IMG/VR virus record: IMGVR_UViG_3300032007_000023
Span: 64,001 to 128,000 of that record
Length of the DNA stretch: 64,000 bases
Direction: 5' to 3' (one strand)
Source: a virus
Taxonomy: Duplodnaviria > Caudoviricetes
Notes under the pieces: model-generated
Database searches by the model: none
What the model saw: the letters and a program-made list of their open reading frames with translations, nothing else
What the model was told of the DNA's origin: nothing
Program-made: the position numbers and the translations under genes
Part shown: positions 21,865-31,337 of the stretch, piece by piece
Numbering within the stretch: position 1 is the first letter of the stretch
How the letters are laid out: every line of letters starts with the position of its first letter

Positions 21865-22596
21865 ATGAGTAAAAATATTAAAATCAATTTGGATCTTGGC
21901 GACGGTTTAAAAACCGAAAATGATAAATTATGTGTTGATTTTGAACCCAACTCATATATCCGATTAGATACTGATTCTGGTATCCCAGGACATAACGGTT
22001 TACACGTATCTAATTTAAATGGTGAAGATGGAGCTGGTGGTAGATCAACCTGTGACAATTGGACACTCGTTCCTGGTAATGGTGTAAAAATACCAAAGGT
22101 TTGGAGTGACCAAATAACAAATTTCTTGGACGTAAGTAGAGATGTCATAACCTGTATATTTAGTATGGGTTTATATAGAATATCCAATAGGAGAACATCT
22201 TCTCCACAATACACTTCTAATGTCAAAGATGTTAGAGCTATGTGTAATGAAATTGATGCTCCAAGTAGATATTGTTCGGGTACATATTATAGACCATGGA
22301 TTGGTGATATAATTCAGCTCGTTGAATATCCAAGTCTGAGGTATGATACAGGAAAAGGTGACTATTCCGGACAGAATTTCTGGTGTGAATCATTACGTCG
22401 TGAAGGTCTGGATAAAGATAATAACCGTCAGAAAACCAGAGTAATGTTCGTCATAACAAGTATAGAATATGGTGGTTCTGATGGAGCATGGATAAACAGT
22501 TTATCTTTACAATGTATATATTCTAAAGACGTTGGCACATATGTTGTAGGAAATACATACACAGGAAGTTATGATTTTTCTGCACCTTACGTTTAA
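21865..22596 (+). CDS. small fibre-like protein (MSxNIK family)
   Basis: GAGGTG SD; LGDGLKTENDKLCV. Confidence 0.6.
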   Translation: MSKNIKINLDLGDGLKTENDKLCVDFEPNSYIRLDTDSGIPGHNGLHVSNLNGEDGAGGRSTCDNWTLVPGNGVKIPKVWSDQITNFLDVSRDVITCIFSMGLYRISNRRTSSPQYTSNVKDVRAMCNEIDAPSRYCSGTYYRPWIGDIIQLVEYPSLRYDTGKGDYSGQNFWCESLRREGLDKDNNRQKTRVMFVITSIEYGGSDGAWINSLSLQCIYSKDVGTYVVGNTYTGSYDFSAPYV

Positions 22597-22623
22597 TCAT
22601 CATATAAGTAGGAGGTTAATAGA

Positions 22624-23964
22624 ATGGATAAAATAAACCTTAAAGATCAGCTCTCTTTTGCTGATGATTCTAATATGAAACATGGTCTCAGAGGTCATGT
22701 TAAAATAGAGCTTGAAAATACCGAAACAAAAGAAAGGAAATTCTGGTATGAAGATGATAATATCATACCAATATCAGGTTACCAATGGATTCTGATGAAG
22801 ATGTTCGGTTTACATCTTGACTCTGTTCATGACCCTAATGTGAAATACGAAGAGATTGGTAAAGATACATCTCTTGTTATCCCGGATCTCAATGAAGTTG
22901 GTCAACTCGGTATCGGCAGAGACCCTCAGGATACTCGTGAAGGATATGGATATACCCCAATGGATGACGACATATCATCGAATCATTTCATCCAGGGATT
23001 CCTCGTTGGTAATGGTGGTGCCGCTGAAGATGTTATAACAACTAAGAATACAGATTATTCTTATACAAATCTTCGTTCTCCTATACCGTTCCAGCAGGTA
23101 TCTGCTATCGAGGGACTTGATTCTTCTATGGCTGGAAAATACCTTGGCGTATTCCGTCAGTCATCAACAGATCAGAAATCTTATTTCATAAAGAAATTTG
23201 ATTCAAGAGCTCATATCTATCACAACTGGTGGAGAGACGGTCAGCGTTGGGATTACCTCGATCCTGTTGTTCCATCCGAACTTGGTCCTGGCAGAAATGG
23301 TGATAACAATGTTACTCCTAAGACAAACAGAATTGAGACATATGCAGAGGTAGAAATGTCTATCGATGTTAAGAACGGTGACTGCATGGGTTACTTTGCT
23401 CATTCTGGTAATAATGAAACTGCAAAGATCAATGAGCTCGGTCTTGTTGCATTTGATACTGTTCCCGGTGAAAGATCTACTGTAGAGCAGTTATACAATA
23501 CTCTTATCAAGAGAATGATAACTATCATCTTTGATGAAGATCGTGGTGAATATGCTGGTGAAGAAGTTGTATCTCTTGCAGGCGACATATCCACAGTACT
23601 TCAAGAAAATCTTATCTATGAAAAGGGTCAGACCAATATCAATAATTTCATAGATAACGTTGTAAATGTTCTTGCTAATGCATCTCCTGCTGATATTGAT
23701 TATACTGCAATGCAGGTAGAATTATGTCGTGTTGATGAACATGATAATCCTACTAATATCGGTGTTCAGGCATATTACAATCAGAATCATGTATTCCAAT
23801 ACTTCACAGACAAGTTCCTTGATTATCTTGCTGGAGAAGAGTTCTCAGCTCTCACAACCGACGAAGCTCAGAGAATTAAGCTTGTAACATATTACACCTT
23901 TAATTCTATACCTCTTCAGGAAAACTGGAAGGTTCTTATTTCATATAGAATTTATGCTAACTGA
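22624..23964 (+). CDS. baseplate / tail-fibre attachment structural protein
   Basis: GGAGG SD; LRGHVKIELEN..DNII, VGNGG and INELGL motifs resembling fibre-attachment domains. Confidence 0.55.
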   Translation: MDKINLKDQLSFADDSNMKHGLRGHVKIELENTETKERKFWYEDDNIIPISGYQWILMKMFGLHLDSVHDPNVKYEEIGKDTSLVIPDLNEVGQLGIGRDPQDTREGYGYTPMDDDISSNHFIQGFLVGNGGAAEDVITTKNTDYSYTNLRSPIPFQQVSAIEGLDSSMAGKYLGVFRQSSTDQKSYFIKKFDSRAHIYHNWWRDGQRWDYLDPVVPSELGPGRNGDNNVTPKTNRIETYAEVEMSIDVKNGDCMGYFAHSGNNETAKINELGLVAFDTVPGERSTVEQLYNTLIKRMITIIFDEDRGEYAGEEVVSLAGDISTVLQENLIYEKGQTNINNFIDNVVNVLANASPADIDYTAMQVELCRVDEHDNPTNIGVQAYYNQNHVFQYFTDKFLDYLAGEEFSALTTDEAQRIKLVTYYTFNSIPLQENWKVLISYRIYAN

Positions 23965-23981
23965 TGAAGAGGTGTTTAACT

Positions 23982-26297
23982 ATGGAAAATACACAGTTAT
24001 TATCTATGATAGACTGTATTACTGAACGGCAGGAAATGGCCGAATTAGAAGTGGCCATTTCCATAGTTGAACAGTGTGTCAAGATGTGGGAAATTGATGA
24101 TCTTCATCGTGGTGATTCTCTTGATGATTTCGCCATATTCCAAGAAGGACAGCTACTTGATGATGCAACTGGAGCTGGTAAACAGGAATCATTGATTAAG
24201 AAAGCAATGCTTCTTCTTCCTCGTTTACTCGGTGCTATAATAAAAGCAATCAAGATGAAGTTGACAGTCAAGGCATCTGTCAAAGAAACATCTCCACGAA
24301 GTGCTTTCCTTAAATATGGAGAAGTTACAACAGAAAGTCTGTCTAAGAAAGAAATCGAAAAGATCAAAAAACAAAAGAAAGATAGTCCTGTATATAAAGC
24401 TATTCTTGGTGTTGGTTGTGCTAGCATTGCTATAGCTGGTGCTGGATTTGCATTCAGAATATCAGACTATTCAGAAGCAGTCGAATTCAAGGATGATGTA
24501 TCGTTTACTATATCCGAAGACCTTAAGGGTATTCGTGTTGTATTCCCATTCTATAAGATCGAAGCTATTAAGAATTTCAATGTCAAGTTTGACGGAATTC
24601 ATCAATCACTTAAAACAGATTTCTTTGGTAATATTGATCAGCTCATGAATCTTATGAAGACTATTGTCACAAACCAGGCTCGTGTATCTGAACGTGACTT
24701 TGCAGATCCGCCGGCATGGACTGCTTATTATCAAAATGAGATAAGAGGTGAATTTAATAAGTTCGCTGATAATCTCGAAAAGATAAAGAATATTCTTGGC
24801 GAGCATAAGATCAATAGCAATACTGTTGCTATTGGTAAAACTCAAGTCAAAGAATTCGTCAAGAAAGTTGAAGAGCTCACAAAGAAGCTCCCAAATGATC
24901 TCGAACTCATTGAGAAGTTTAATGATAAGCTCATCAAGGTATACGATATTCTTGCAAACCCTTCGCTTCACACAAAGCGTGAGATAAAAAAGGCTAACAA
25001 ACTTACATTCAAGCCTATATTCAGTAAAGATGAAATCAATATCTATAAGCTTGATACATCTGAATTATCTGCAGCTATTAAACTCTTTAATGAGTTTGCT
25101 GCTGATAATAAGGGTGAAACTTATGCTGGAATGCTTAAAGCTGCAAAAACATCATCTAAGTTTGCACAAGGTGTAAAGCACATAGAGAATCAATTCAACT
25201 GTTCTATTGATTATACCATATATGGAAAGGGTGGAGCTACCGCCACATATAAAAATAAACCGGGTGATATGAAGGTTACTTTCAATAAGCAACGTGGTTT
25301 TGATCTCGGTGGTGCTAGACTTAATATATTTCTTGATCCAGCCTATTCAGATTCAAAGGCTGGTTCATCCGGTGTTATGGGTCAAATGTTTTGTAGCATA
25401 ATATGCCATGAGATATTCCATAATATAGCAATGCTTGTTCATGTGTATAACACAAAAACTGGTGATGCTATCAGTAAGATCTTTACTAATGTTTATATTG
25501 GTTATGAGAAACTAAAGTCTCTGATTCTTTATATAATGACAGGATATGCGATTTCTCTCGGAGTACAAGGTGTTGACGATATTACTACTCAGAAACGTCT
25601 TGCTTTTGTAATAGAGAATTTTGAAGATAAACAGAAGATGCAGGATTTCATGAATAAGATTACGACTGATTCAGACAAGGATCTTATTGAACCTATAAAT
25701 GTTGATAATGGTGATTCTTCAAAAGCAGCCGTATTCATATCTAAAATACCTAATTTCATGGCCAGTCCTGAATTCAAGACTGTTTGCTCTGCTATAATCG
25801 CGATCATGTATAGATATAACTTCAAGCTCGGTGGTATGTTTGCTATATCTGCATTATTCATGTCTATCTACGGATTAACAGATGTTAAGATGGAGAAGAC
25901 TAACGAAGAAACAATGTGTGATATGTGTGCTGCTATATACAAGCTTCCTGTATACCTTGCAGATGTAAGTTCACAGCGTAAGAATAAAACTGCACGTGAT
26001 ATGTCTACACACGGTAGATTTGATGTACATAGTGCAACATTCGATAGACAGACCGTTTCACTCGGTCTTGCTAAGGAAATGCTTAATTCTGGTGAACAAC
26101 TCGATCCTGATGTTAAGAAGTATCTTGAATTCATCGTTAAGGAAAACGCAGGAAATCAGTATGTTGAAAGGAAGTTCACCAAGAAGCAGATGAAGAAGTC
26201 TGCTCCTGCATTTACTGAAAATATTAACAGAGCTATCACAAACTTTGTTAAGGATCATAATATAACTCTCACAGATGATGAAGGAGATACTACATAA
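23982..26297 (+). CDS. putative head cargo protein with a zincin (HEIFH) metalloprotease domain and hydrophobic segments
   Basis: GAGGTG SD before the ATG at 23982; HEIFH at 25407-25421, EETMCD, VHSATFDR; paralog of 58297..59925. Confidence 0.65.
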   Translation: MENTQLLSMIDCITERQEMAELEVAISIVEQCVKMWEIDDLHRGDSLDDFAIFQEGQLLDDATGAGKQESLIKKAMLLLPRLLGAIIKAIKMKLTVKASVKETSPRSAFLKYGEVTTESLSKKEIEKIKKQKKDSPVYKAILGVGCASIAIAGAGFAFRISDYSEAVEFKDDVSFTISEDLKGIRVVFPFYKIEAIKNFNVKFDGIHQSLKTDFFGNIDQLMNLMKTIVTNQARVSERDFADPPAWTAYYQNEIRGEFNKFADNLEKIKNILGEHKINSNTVAIGKTQVKEFVKKVEELTKKLPNDLELIEKFNDKLIKVYDILANPSLHTKREIKKANKLTFKPIFSKDEINIYKLDTSELSAAIKLFNEFAADNKGETYAGMLKAAKTSSKFAQGVKHIENQFNCSIDYTIYGKGGATATYKNKPGDMKVTFNKQRGFDLGGARLNIFLDPAYSDSKAGSSGVMGQMFCSIICHEIFHNIAMLVHVYNTKTGDAISKIFTNVYIGYEKLKSLILYIMTGYAISLGVQGVDDITTQKRLAFVIENFEDKQKMQDFMNKITTDSDKDLIEPINVDNGDSSKAAVFISKIPNFMASPEFKTVCSAIIAIMYRYNFKLGGMFAISALFMSIYGLTDVKMEKTNEETMCDMCAAIYKLPVYLADVSSQRKNKTARDMSTHGRFDVHSATFDRQTVSLGLAKEMLNSGEQLDPDVKKYLEFIVKENAGNQYVERKFTKKQMKKSAPAFTENINRAITNFVKDHNITLTDDEGDTT

Positions 26298-26866
26298 TGG
26301 ATATAAATCAGAAAAACGTTGAGCAAATGCTCCATGATGTTTCTGGTAATATTCAAGCAAAAGTCTCAGATATACTTGGTGTCTTTTCAGGTATTAAATG
26401 GAACAAGGTATCGTTTACAATTCCAACGGTACCTGTTCCATCACATCGTCCTCGTCTTTGTGGTTACCGGGTCTATGTACCCGGTGCTGCAAAGAACCAA
26501 TCTTTTTTCAACAGAAATGTTTTACCTAAACTCAATGGTTTATTCATAACCACTCCTTGTAAAATGAAGGTAGATATCTTTTGTAAAACTCCAACGTCTT
26601 TTACTAAGACACAACAGATACTTGCCGAAATGAAGGTTATTCGTCCATGGGGGAATACTGGTGATGTTGATAACTTTGCAAAAGCCGTAATGGATCAAAT
26701 GATGCCAAACGAAAAAAGAGGACATGTGGGTATATTACGAGATGATTGTCTTGTAACAGATCTTGATGTAAAAAAATATTATTCTCGTACTCCGAGATAC
26801 GAGGTTACGATTACTTATATGGAAGAATTACCAGATAACGTCAAGAAGACTATGCGATTGGATTAA
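26297..26866 (+). CDS. rusA: RusA-family Holliday junction resolvase
   Basis: PVPSHRPR start motif, GDVDNFAKAVMD and GILRDDCLV catalytic motifs, C-terminal PRYEVTI. Confidence 0.85.
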   Translation: MDINQKNVEQMLHDVSGNIQAKVSDILGVFSGIKWNKVSFTIPTVPVPSHRPRLCGYRVYVPGAAKNQSFFNRNVLPKLNGLFITTPCKMKVDIFCKTPTSFTKTQQILAEMKVIRPWGNTGDVDNFAKAVMDQMMPNEKRGHVGILRDDCLVTDLDVKKYYSRTPRYEVTITYMEELPDNVKKTMRLD

Positions 26867-26964
26867 TGGGGTATAATGAGTAACGACTGCTTGATAATTG
26901 AATCCCATACGAATAAGTATTATTCTCGTACTCCGAGATACGAGGTTACGATTACTTATATGGA
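26777..26964 (+). repeat. 47-bp perfect direct repeat (26777-26823 and 26918-26964) inside a 141-bp-period duplication of the rusA 3' end
   Basis: tattattctcgtactccgagatacgaggttacgattacttatatgga occurs twice. Confidence 0.95.
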
Positions 26965-27013
26965 TTCTGTACCAGAGTCTGTCGCTAAAGTAATGCGACT
27001 TGATGACAAATAA
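26870..27013 (+). pseudogene. diverged second copy of the rusA C-terminal coding segment
   Basis: Translates GIMSNDCLIIESHTNKYYSRTPRYEVTITYMDSVPESVAKVMRLDDK*, in frame with rusA. Confidence 0.8.
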
Positions 27014-27040
27014 TAAATATTACAAGGAGGCTTAATAAAT

Positions 27041-29044
27041 ATGGCAAAAAATGATGATGTTTTGAGCCGCTTTGCGTCTGCCGGTGATAATGCTGTGGGT
27101 CTCATTAACAGGGTTGATGATGCTACTGCTAAATTTCAGCCCGGGATGCGCAGAGGATCAATTGTAAAAAGCGCTCAGGGTAACGTATTTGAGTTCCCTG
27201 TATTTATATCTAACTCTATTCCGTTAGATTATGCAACTGCAACGACATCACTTCTTGAGCAGATTTATGCTGCATATACTCAGATGGCTATATCAATAAA
27301 TCCCGTTGTTGATGCTGCATCTGTTAAGAATGGTCTTCAGTTTGCTGACTTTAAGACTAAGACAAACAAGTATCTCGAGTACACAGATACATCATATCAG
27401 CATGATGCATGTCATGCTGTCTACCAGGAAGATGGAACTCAGTTTGAATTCAATATGCTTTCTATTGAAGATGCTGATGCCCGTCTTATCAATGAAGCTG
27501 TTGATCATCAGCCACTTTCCGAATTTGATCACTTCTTCCAGGAGGCTGTTGGTGACAATCCTGATGACTATACCGCATCATATCCAATGCCAGTTGTTGA
27601 TAATCATGGTAATATTGAGACCCCTCTGCAGTTCCAGCCAGATCCCAATAATCCCAACGGGGTTAGATATGTAACATTGGCAGAACTCAATAGAGAAATA
27701 AATAGTGATCCTACTGTCACATTTAATTTCACAGGAAGACGTGATGAACCACAGCTCAATGGTTATATAAATTGGGTAAATAGTAATCATCTCACAAGAC
27801 CATCAACAGCGGAGATGAACAACTCTCCTTCTGCTAGCGGTGATGTAACATATGATGATGGTCATGGTAACAGACGTACAATATCAGCACAAGAATTAGA
27901 GGCTGCAAATAGAGCATATGCTTTACAAAGAGCTACTACAGCAACAAGAGCAAATGCTGATATTCAGTATACTGATGGTCGTGGTAGAACAGAAACGATT
28001 ACACCTGATCAACTGGAAGCTGCTAATAGAGCATATAGTATTGCACAGGCTGATGTAGCGAGAAGAAATGCAGAAAAAGCTAATTCGAACTATTACAGAG
28101 GTGCTGACGCTATCAGTACTGGTGCAAAAACTGCATCTGATGTACTCGGTGCTGTTAATACGGGTGCTAATGCTGTTGCTAATGTTGCTACACTTCCTGA
28201 CCAGATCAAACAGGCTAAATATAAGACCAAGATCGATAAGGACCGCTTAGATCATCTTGATGAAGATAGAGCTCTCAAAAAGACAGAAGTATATGGTAAG
28301 ATGAAGACTTCTGATATACACTACATCGATGATAGTAAGTGTCAGAAGCTCAATACTATGAAACCTCTGTTGATGAGTGTTACTATCAACATGCTTAACA
28401 AGGATGATTCACTCCAGCCTATCAACTACATCATTGGTGTTAAGACACATATGCGTGTAATTCCTGCATCTATTCTTCCTGAGGTTGCAAGATATCCTCT
28501 TAAGGAAATGGATAAAATTTCTCGTAAGGTTAAGTGGCGTGCTGGTGAACTCAAGTTCCTGAAGGATCTTGTATTCCGTATCAATGAAAAGAAACAGACT
28601 GCTGCTGATTCTCGTGATCCTAACAGAAAATGGTATCGTCGTCTTTATGAACTTGCACATATGAAGGGTGATGCTCCAACAGAAGCAGTTGTTCAGGGCA
28701 AGTCTATCTTCGGTGCATTCATTCGTGATAAACAGGGTAAGGGTAAGCTTAAGAATGGTCTTATTCCTAATGCTTCAATTATCATGTCACAGAATGATGT
28801 TGATAATATCAAGAACCAGACAGATATAGATCTTCTCAAGGCATCTAATGCTAAGAAGTTCTGTGGTGAACTCTTCCTCATCTCTCTCATCATTGTTGAT
28901 ATCGATGCTGAATCAATTAAGATTCTTCTTCCTGATCAGAACAATGATTACGATGTACATTCTCTTGCTGCCGTTCAAAAGCAGTTGGCTACTCTTGATA
29001 CATCAGGAACCAAGACAAGAGATATGTTCAAATTACTCGGCTAA
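27041..29044 (+). CDS. putative virion structural (head) protein with an internal 39-aa-period repeat
   Basis: AAGGAGG SD; FFQEA motif; high-expression codon usage outside the central insert. Confidence 0.6.
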   Translation: MAKNDDVLSRFASAGDNAVGLINRVDDATAKFQPGMRRGSIVKSAQGNVFEFPVFISNSIPLDYATATTSLLEQIYAAYTQMAISINPVVDAASVKNGLQFADFKTKTNKYLEYTDTSYQHDACHAVYQEDGTQFEFNMLSIEDADARLINEAVDHQPLSEFDHFFQEAVGDNPDDYTASYPMPVVDNHGNIETPLQFQPDPNNPNGVRYVTLAELNREINSDPTVTFNFTGRRDEPQLNGYINWVNSNHLTRPSTAEMNNSPSASGDVTYDDGHGNRRTISAQELEAANRAYALQRATTATRANADIQYTDGRGRTETITPDQLEAANRAYSIAQADVARRNAEKANSNYYRGADAISTGAKTASDVLGAVNTGANAVANVATLPDQIKQAKYKTKIDKDRLDHLDEDRALKKTEVYGKMKTSDIHYIDDSKCQKLNTMKPLLMSVTINMLNKDDSLQPINYIIGVKTHMRVIPASILPEVARYPLKEMDKISRKVKWRAGELKFLKDLVFRINEKKQTAADSRDPNRKWYRRLYELAHMKGDAPTEAVVQGKSIFGAFIRDKQGKGKLKNGLIPNASIIMSQNDVDNIKNQTDIDLLKASNAKKFCGELFLISLIIVDIDAESIKILLPDQNNDYDVHSLAAVQKQLATLDTSGTKTRDMFKLLG

Positions 29045-29064
29045 TAAGGAGGTTAGTATAAGAT

Positions 29065-30078
29065 ATGTTATTCGATAAAAAGAAAAAGGATGCCAAAGAA
29101 GAGAGTATCAATGATGTGTATATCGAAAAGATACTCGGTGATCTTAAGGATGTCTATACTAATAAAAGTACCGATGAATATAAGAGTAAAGGTGACATAA
29201 CAAAGTCTCCAAACTATGAAAACATCGAGTACCAGCTTGCTCAGCTTTCAACCATTAAGGGTTATCCGGAGAATGATATTAAGGCTCTCAAGGGATGCTT
29301 TAATGTACTTCACAGACCCGCTTTCAAAAAGCAGGTTACAGAATACATGGCTAAACCTAATGAGAAAAACATAGTTTTTGCTATGGCATATTCAGTGGGT
29401 TACAGACTCCTTATAGGCGAACTTGCCCGGGTTATTGCTTCATCTGAGGCAACTGATAAGGGCTTCGTATATAAAGAGGGAAAAATAACCAAAGAAAAAG
29501 ACTACATGCCTATGATAAGAAAGTTTGCTGACGATATCGATAAGAAACTCGATAAGGCAGTTCTCCAGGCTCATAAGTATGTAACACCAGTTCAGGAAGC
29601 TGCTACACTTAAAGCTATAGGTGTTGCTGCTGATATGGTTGTTGGAACCGTTGAAGGTGTATTCAAGGTTATCAACGGAATCTTCCGTGGTGCTGCTTCT
29701 CTTAATCCGATCTCTCTCATAAGTGCTATATTGACAAGATCTTATGATAAGAAGGTTGAAGAGTATGAGAAGATCTCCAAGGAATATGAGATAGCCAAGA
29801 AAGCATATGATGACTATAAGAAGATTCCTGAAGCTCAGCGTAAAAAACGTATCGAGCATAACTATACAAAGATGATCGAGAAGTACAATATTAAGATGAA
29901 TAATCTTAAAGCTAAGATCGATCATTATGATCTCAGATCTCAGAATGATGCAAAGGATAATAAAAAAGAATCCGAAAAGAAGAAGACTGAGACAAAAACA
30001 ACGTCAACATCTACCACAGCAAAAAAGACTGATGGTAAAAAAGATGATGACAAGGGTAAAGATGATTTCGATTTTTAA
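29065..30078 (+). CDS. putative virion structural protein, Lys-rich
   Basis: AAGGAGG SD; PVQEA motif. Confidence 0.55.
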   Translation: MLFDKKKKDAKEESINDVYIEKILGDLKDVYTNKSTDEYKSKGDITKSPNYENIEYQLAQLSTIKGYPENDIKALKGCFNVLHRPAFKKQVTEYMAKPNEKNIVFAMAYSVGYRLLIGELARVIASSEATDKGFVYKEGKITKEKDYMPMIRKFADDIDKKLDKAVLQAHKYVTPVQEAATLKAIGVAADMVVGTVEGVFKVINGIFRGAASLNPISLISAILTRSYDKKVEEYEKISKEYEIAKKAYDDYKKIPEAQRKKRIEHNYTKMIEKYNIKMNNLKAKIDHYDLRSQNDAKDNKKESEKKKTETKTTSTSTTAKKTDGKKDDDKGKDDFDF

Positions 30079-30087
30079 ACAAAAAAG

Positions 30088-30112
30088 AATCCGGGGTTAT
30101 ACCCCGGATTCC
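30088..30112. terminator. bidirectional terminator
   Basis: gaatccgggg-ttata-ccccggattc, flanked by A and T tracts, between convergent genes. Confidence 0.8.
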
Positions 30113-30122
30113 TCTTTCTTCT

Positions 30123-30377
30123 TTAGCCGTTATCTGTTGCGGCATTCGCAGCGTTCTCGGGCTGCTGTGCGTTCTGCTGATCAATATTCTCCTGCTCTCC
30201 CATTGCCTTAAGCACTCTGTTGATTCTGATCTTGTTGATCGGATATGCAACAATGCTTGCTGCAAGGGAAATGCCTGAAGCGATGTAGCATGTTCCTGTG
30301 AATACGGGATGCTTGCGCTCGAACTTAGTTACCTTTCTTGTGATGCGCTTACATGTCTTCTTATAAGTATTAGCCAT
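30123..30377 (-). CDS. small protein with one hydrophobic segment
   Basis: GAGGAGG SD; basic N-terminus, hydrophobic VFTGTCYIASGISLAASIVAYPI. Confidence 0.7.
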   Translation of the reverse strand: MANTYKKTCKRITRKVTKFERKHPVFTGTCYIASGISLAASIVAYPINKIRINRVLKAMGEQENIDQQNAQQPENAANAATDNG

Positions 30378-30473
30378 ATGGGCCTCCTCTCGTGGGTTTG
30401 TCAGGTTATTCCTTCCTGTATTTTTATTTCAGAAGTCAAGAGGTGAAAGGGTCACCTTTCTTTTCTTCTTCAC

Positions 30474-30490
30474 AGTAATAATATATATAC
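30474..30490 (-). promoter_or_regulatory. candidate phage early promoter (TATATATTATTAC)
   Basis: Minus strand reads gtatatatattattact; a similar motif lies at 31264; resembles the phiKZ early consensus TATATTAC. Confidence 0.45.
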
Positions 30491-30597
30491 GAAAAACATA
30501 AATAATAGGAATTTTAGGTGGTGTTTCTGGGTAGCATAGAAAAGTTGAGGATTAAGAATACTTATACATATATAATTTTATCGGAAGGAGGGATATT

Positions 30598-31008
30598 GTG
30601 AATATTGAAAACATATTACCCTTGATAACTTATATATGTACATATTACTACGATTCGTATTATAATAAAATATTAAATCATGGCGTTAACATACCAGATA
30701 AAATCGTTCCTGCATTAATGAATAGGATATATTCAGATTATGTTAAAACATATGAAACTGAATATGTTCATGACATTTGTATTTTCCCAGGAAATCTGGT
30801 ATATAATAAGACATATGTTTTAGATGAACAATGTCCATCCATAGAAGATATAATTCAAGATATAGATTACTTCATGGATAATTATGATTTTTATAGTGAA
30901 AATATAATACCTATAAATGTAATAAATATAAGTGATCTACCATTTGACAATGGTATCACATATACAAATGAATGGATAAAGCAATTCATTGATGTGTATA
31001 GATTTTAA
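30598..31008 (+). CDS. hypothetical protein, very AT-rich
   Basis: AAGGAGG SD with GTG start. Confidence 0.55.
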   Translation: MNIENILPLITYICTYYYDSYYNKILNHGVNIPDKIVPALMNRIYSDYVKTYETEYVHDICIFPGNLVYNKTYVLDEQCPSIEDIIQDIDYFMDNYDFYSENIIPINVINISDLPFDNGITYTNEWIKQFIDVYRF

Positions 31009-31049
31009 ACGAAAGGATGTCACTACAACGAAAGGAGTGTATTCTTATA

Positions 31050-31247
31050 ATGGGAACTTATTCGATAGAAATATTCGATCATAATAATAAGAAGATTGGT
31101 GAATTACCAACAGCAACATCTTCTGAGATTCTCCAGTTTATAAATAAAGGATTTATCGTTATAGATAGAATGACTGGTAATCGAATGACCGAATCTTCTA
31201 TTACTTCAACCATAGGTGTATCAGATGGTCTTATTAATGTAGGCTAA
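31050..31247 (+). CDS. small hypothetical protein
   Basis: AAGGAG SD favours the ATG at 31050. Confidence 0.55.
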   Translation: MGTYSIEIFDHNNKKIGELPTATSSEILQFINKGFIVIDRMTGNRMTESSITSTIGVSDGLINVG

Positions 31248-31263
31248 TTTTGTAAATATGATA

Positions 31264-31276
31264 CACATATTATTAC
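31264..31276 (+). promoter_or_regulatory. candidate phage early promoter (CACATATTATTAC)
   Basis: Same core as the 30474-30490 motif, upstream of gene 31338. Confidence 0.4.
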
Positions 31277-31337
31277 AACGATTATGGTCTAGATAATTGG
31301 CCATAATAATAAATTTATTTATCAGGAGGAATTATCA

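Noticed and set aside
26729-27013. DGR template/variable repeat pair
   Set aside because: Mismatches are not adenine-specific (for example tta/gta, gat/gag) and there is no reverse transcriptase in the window
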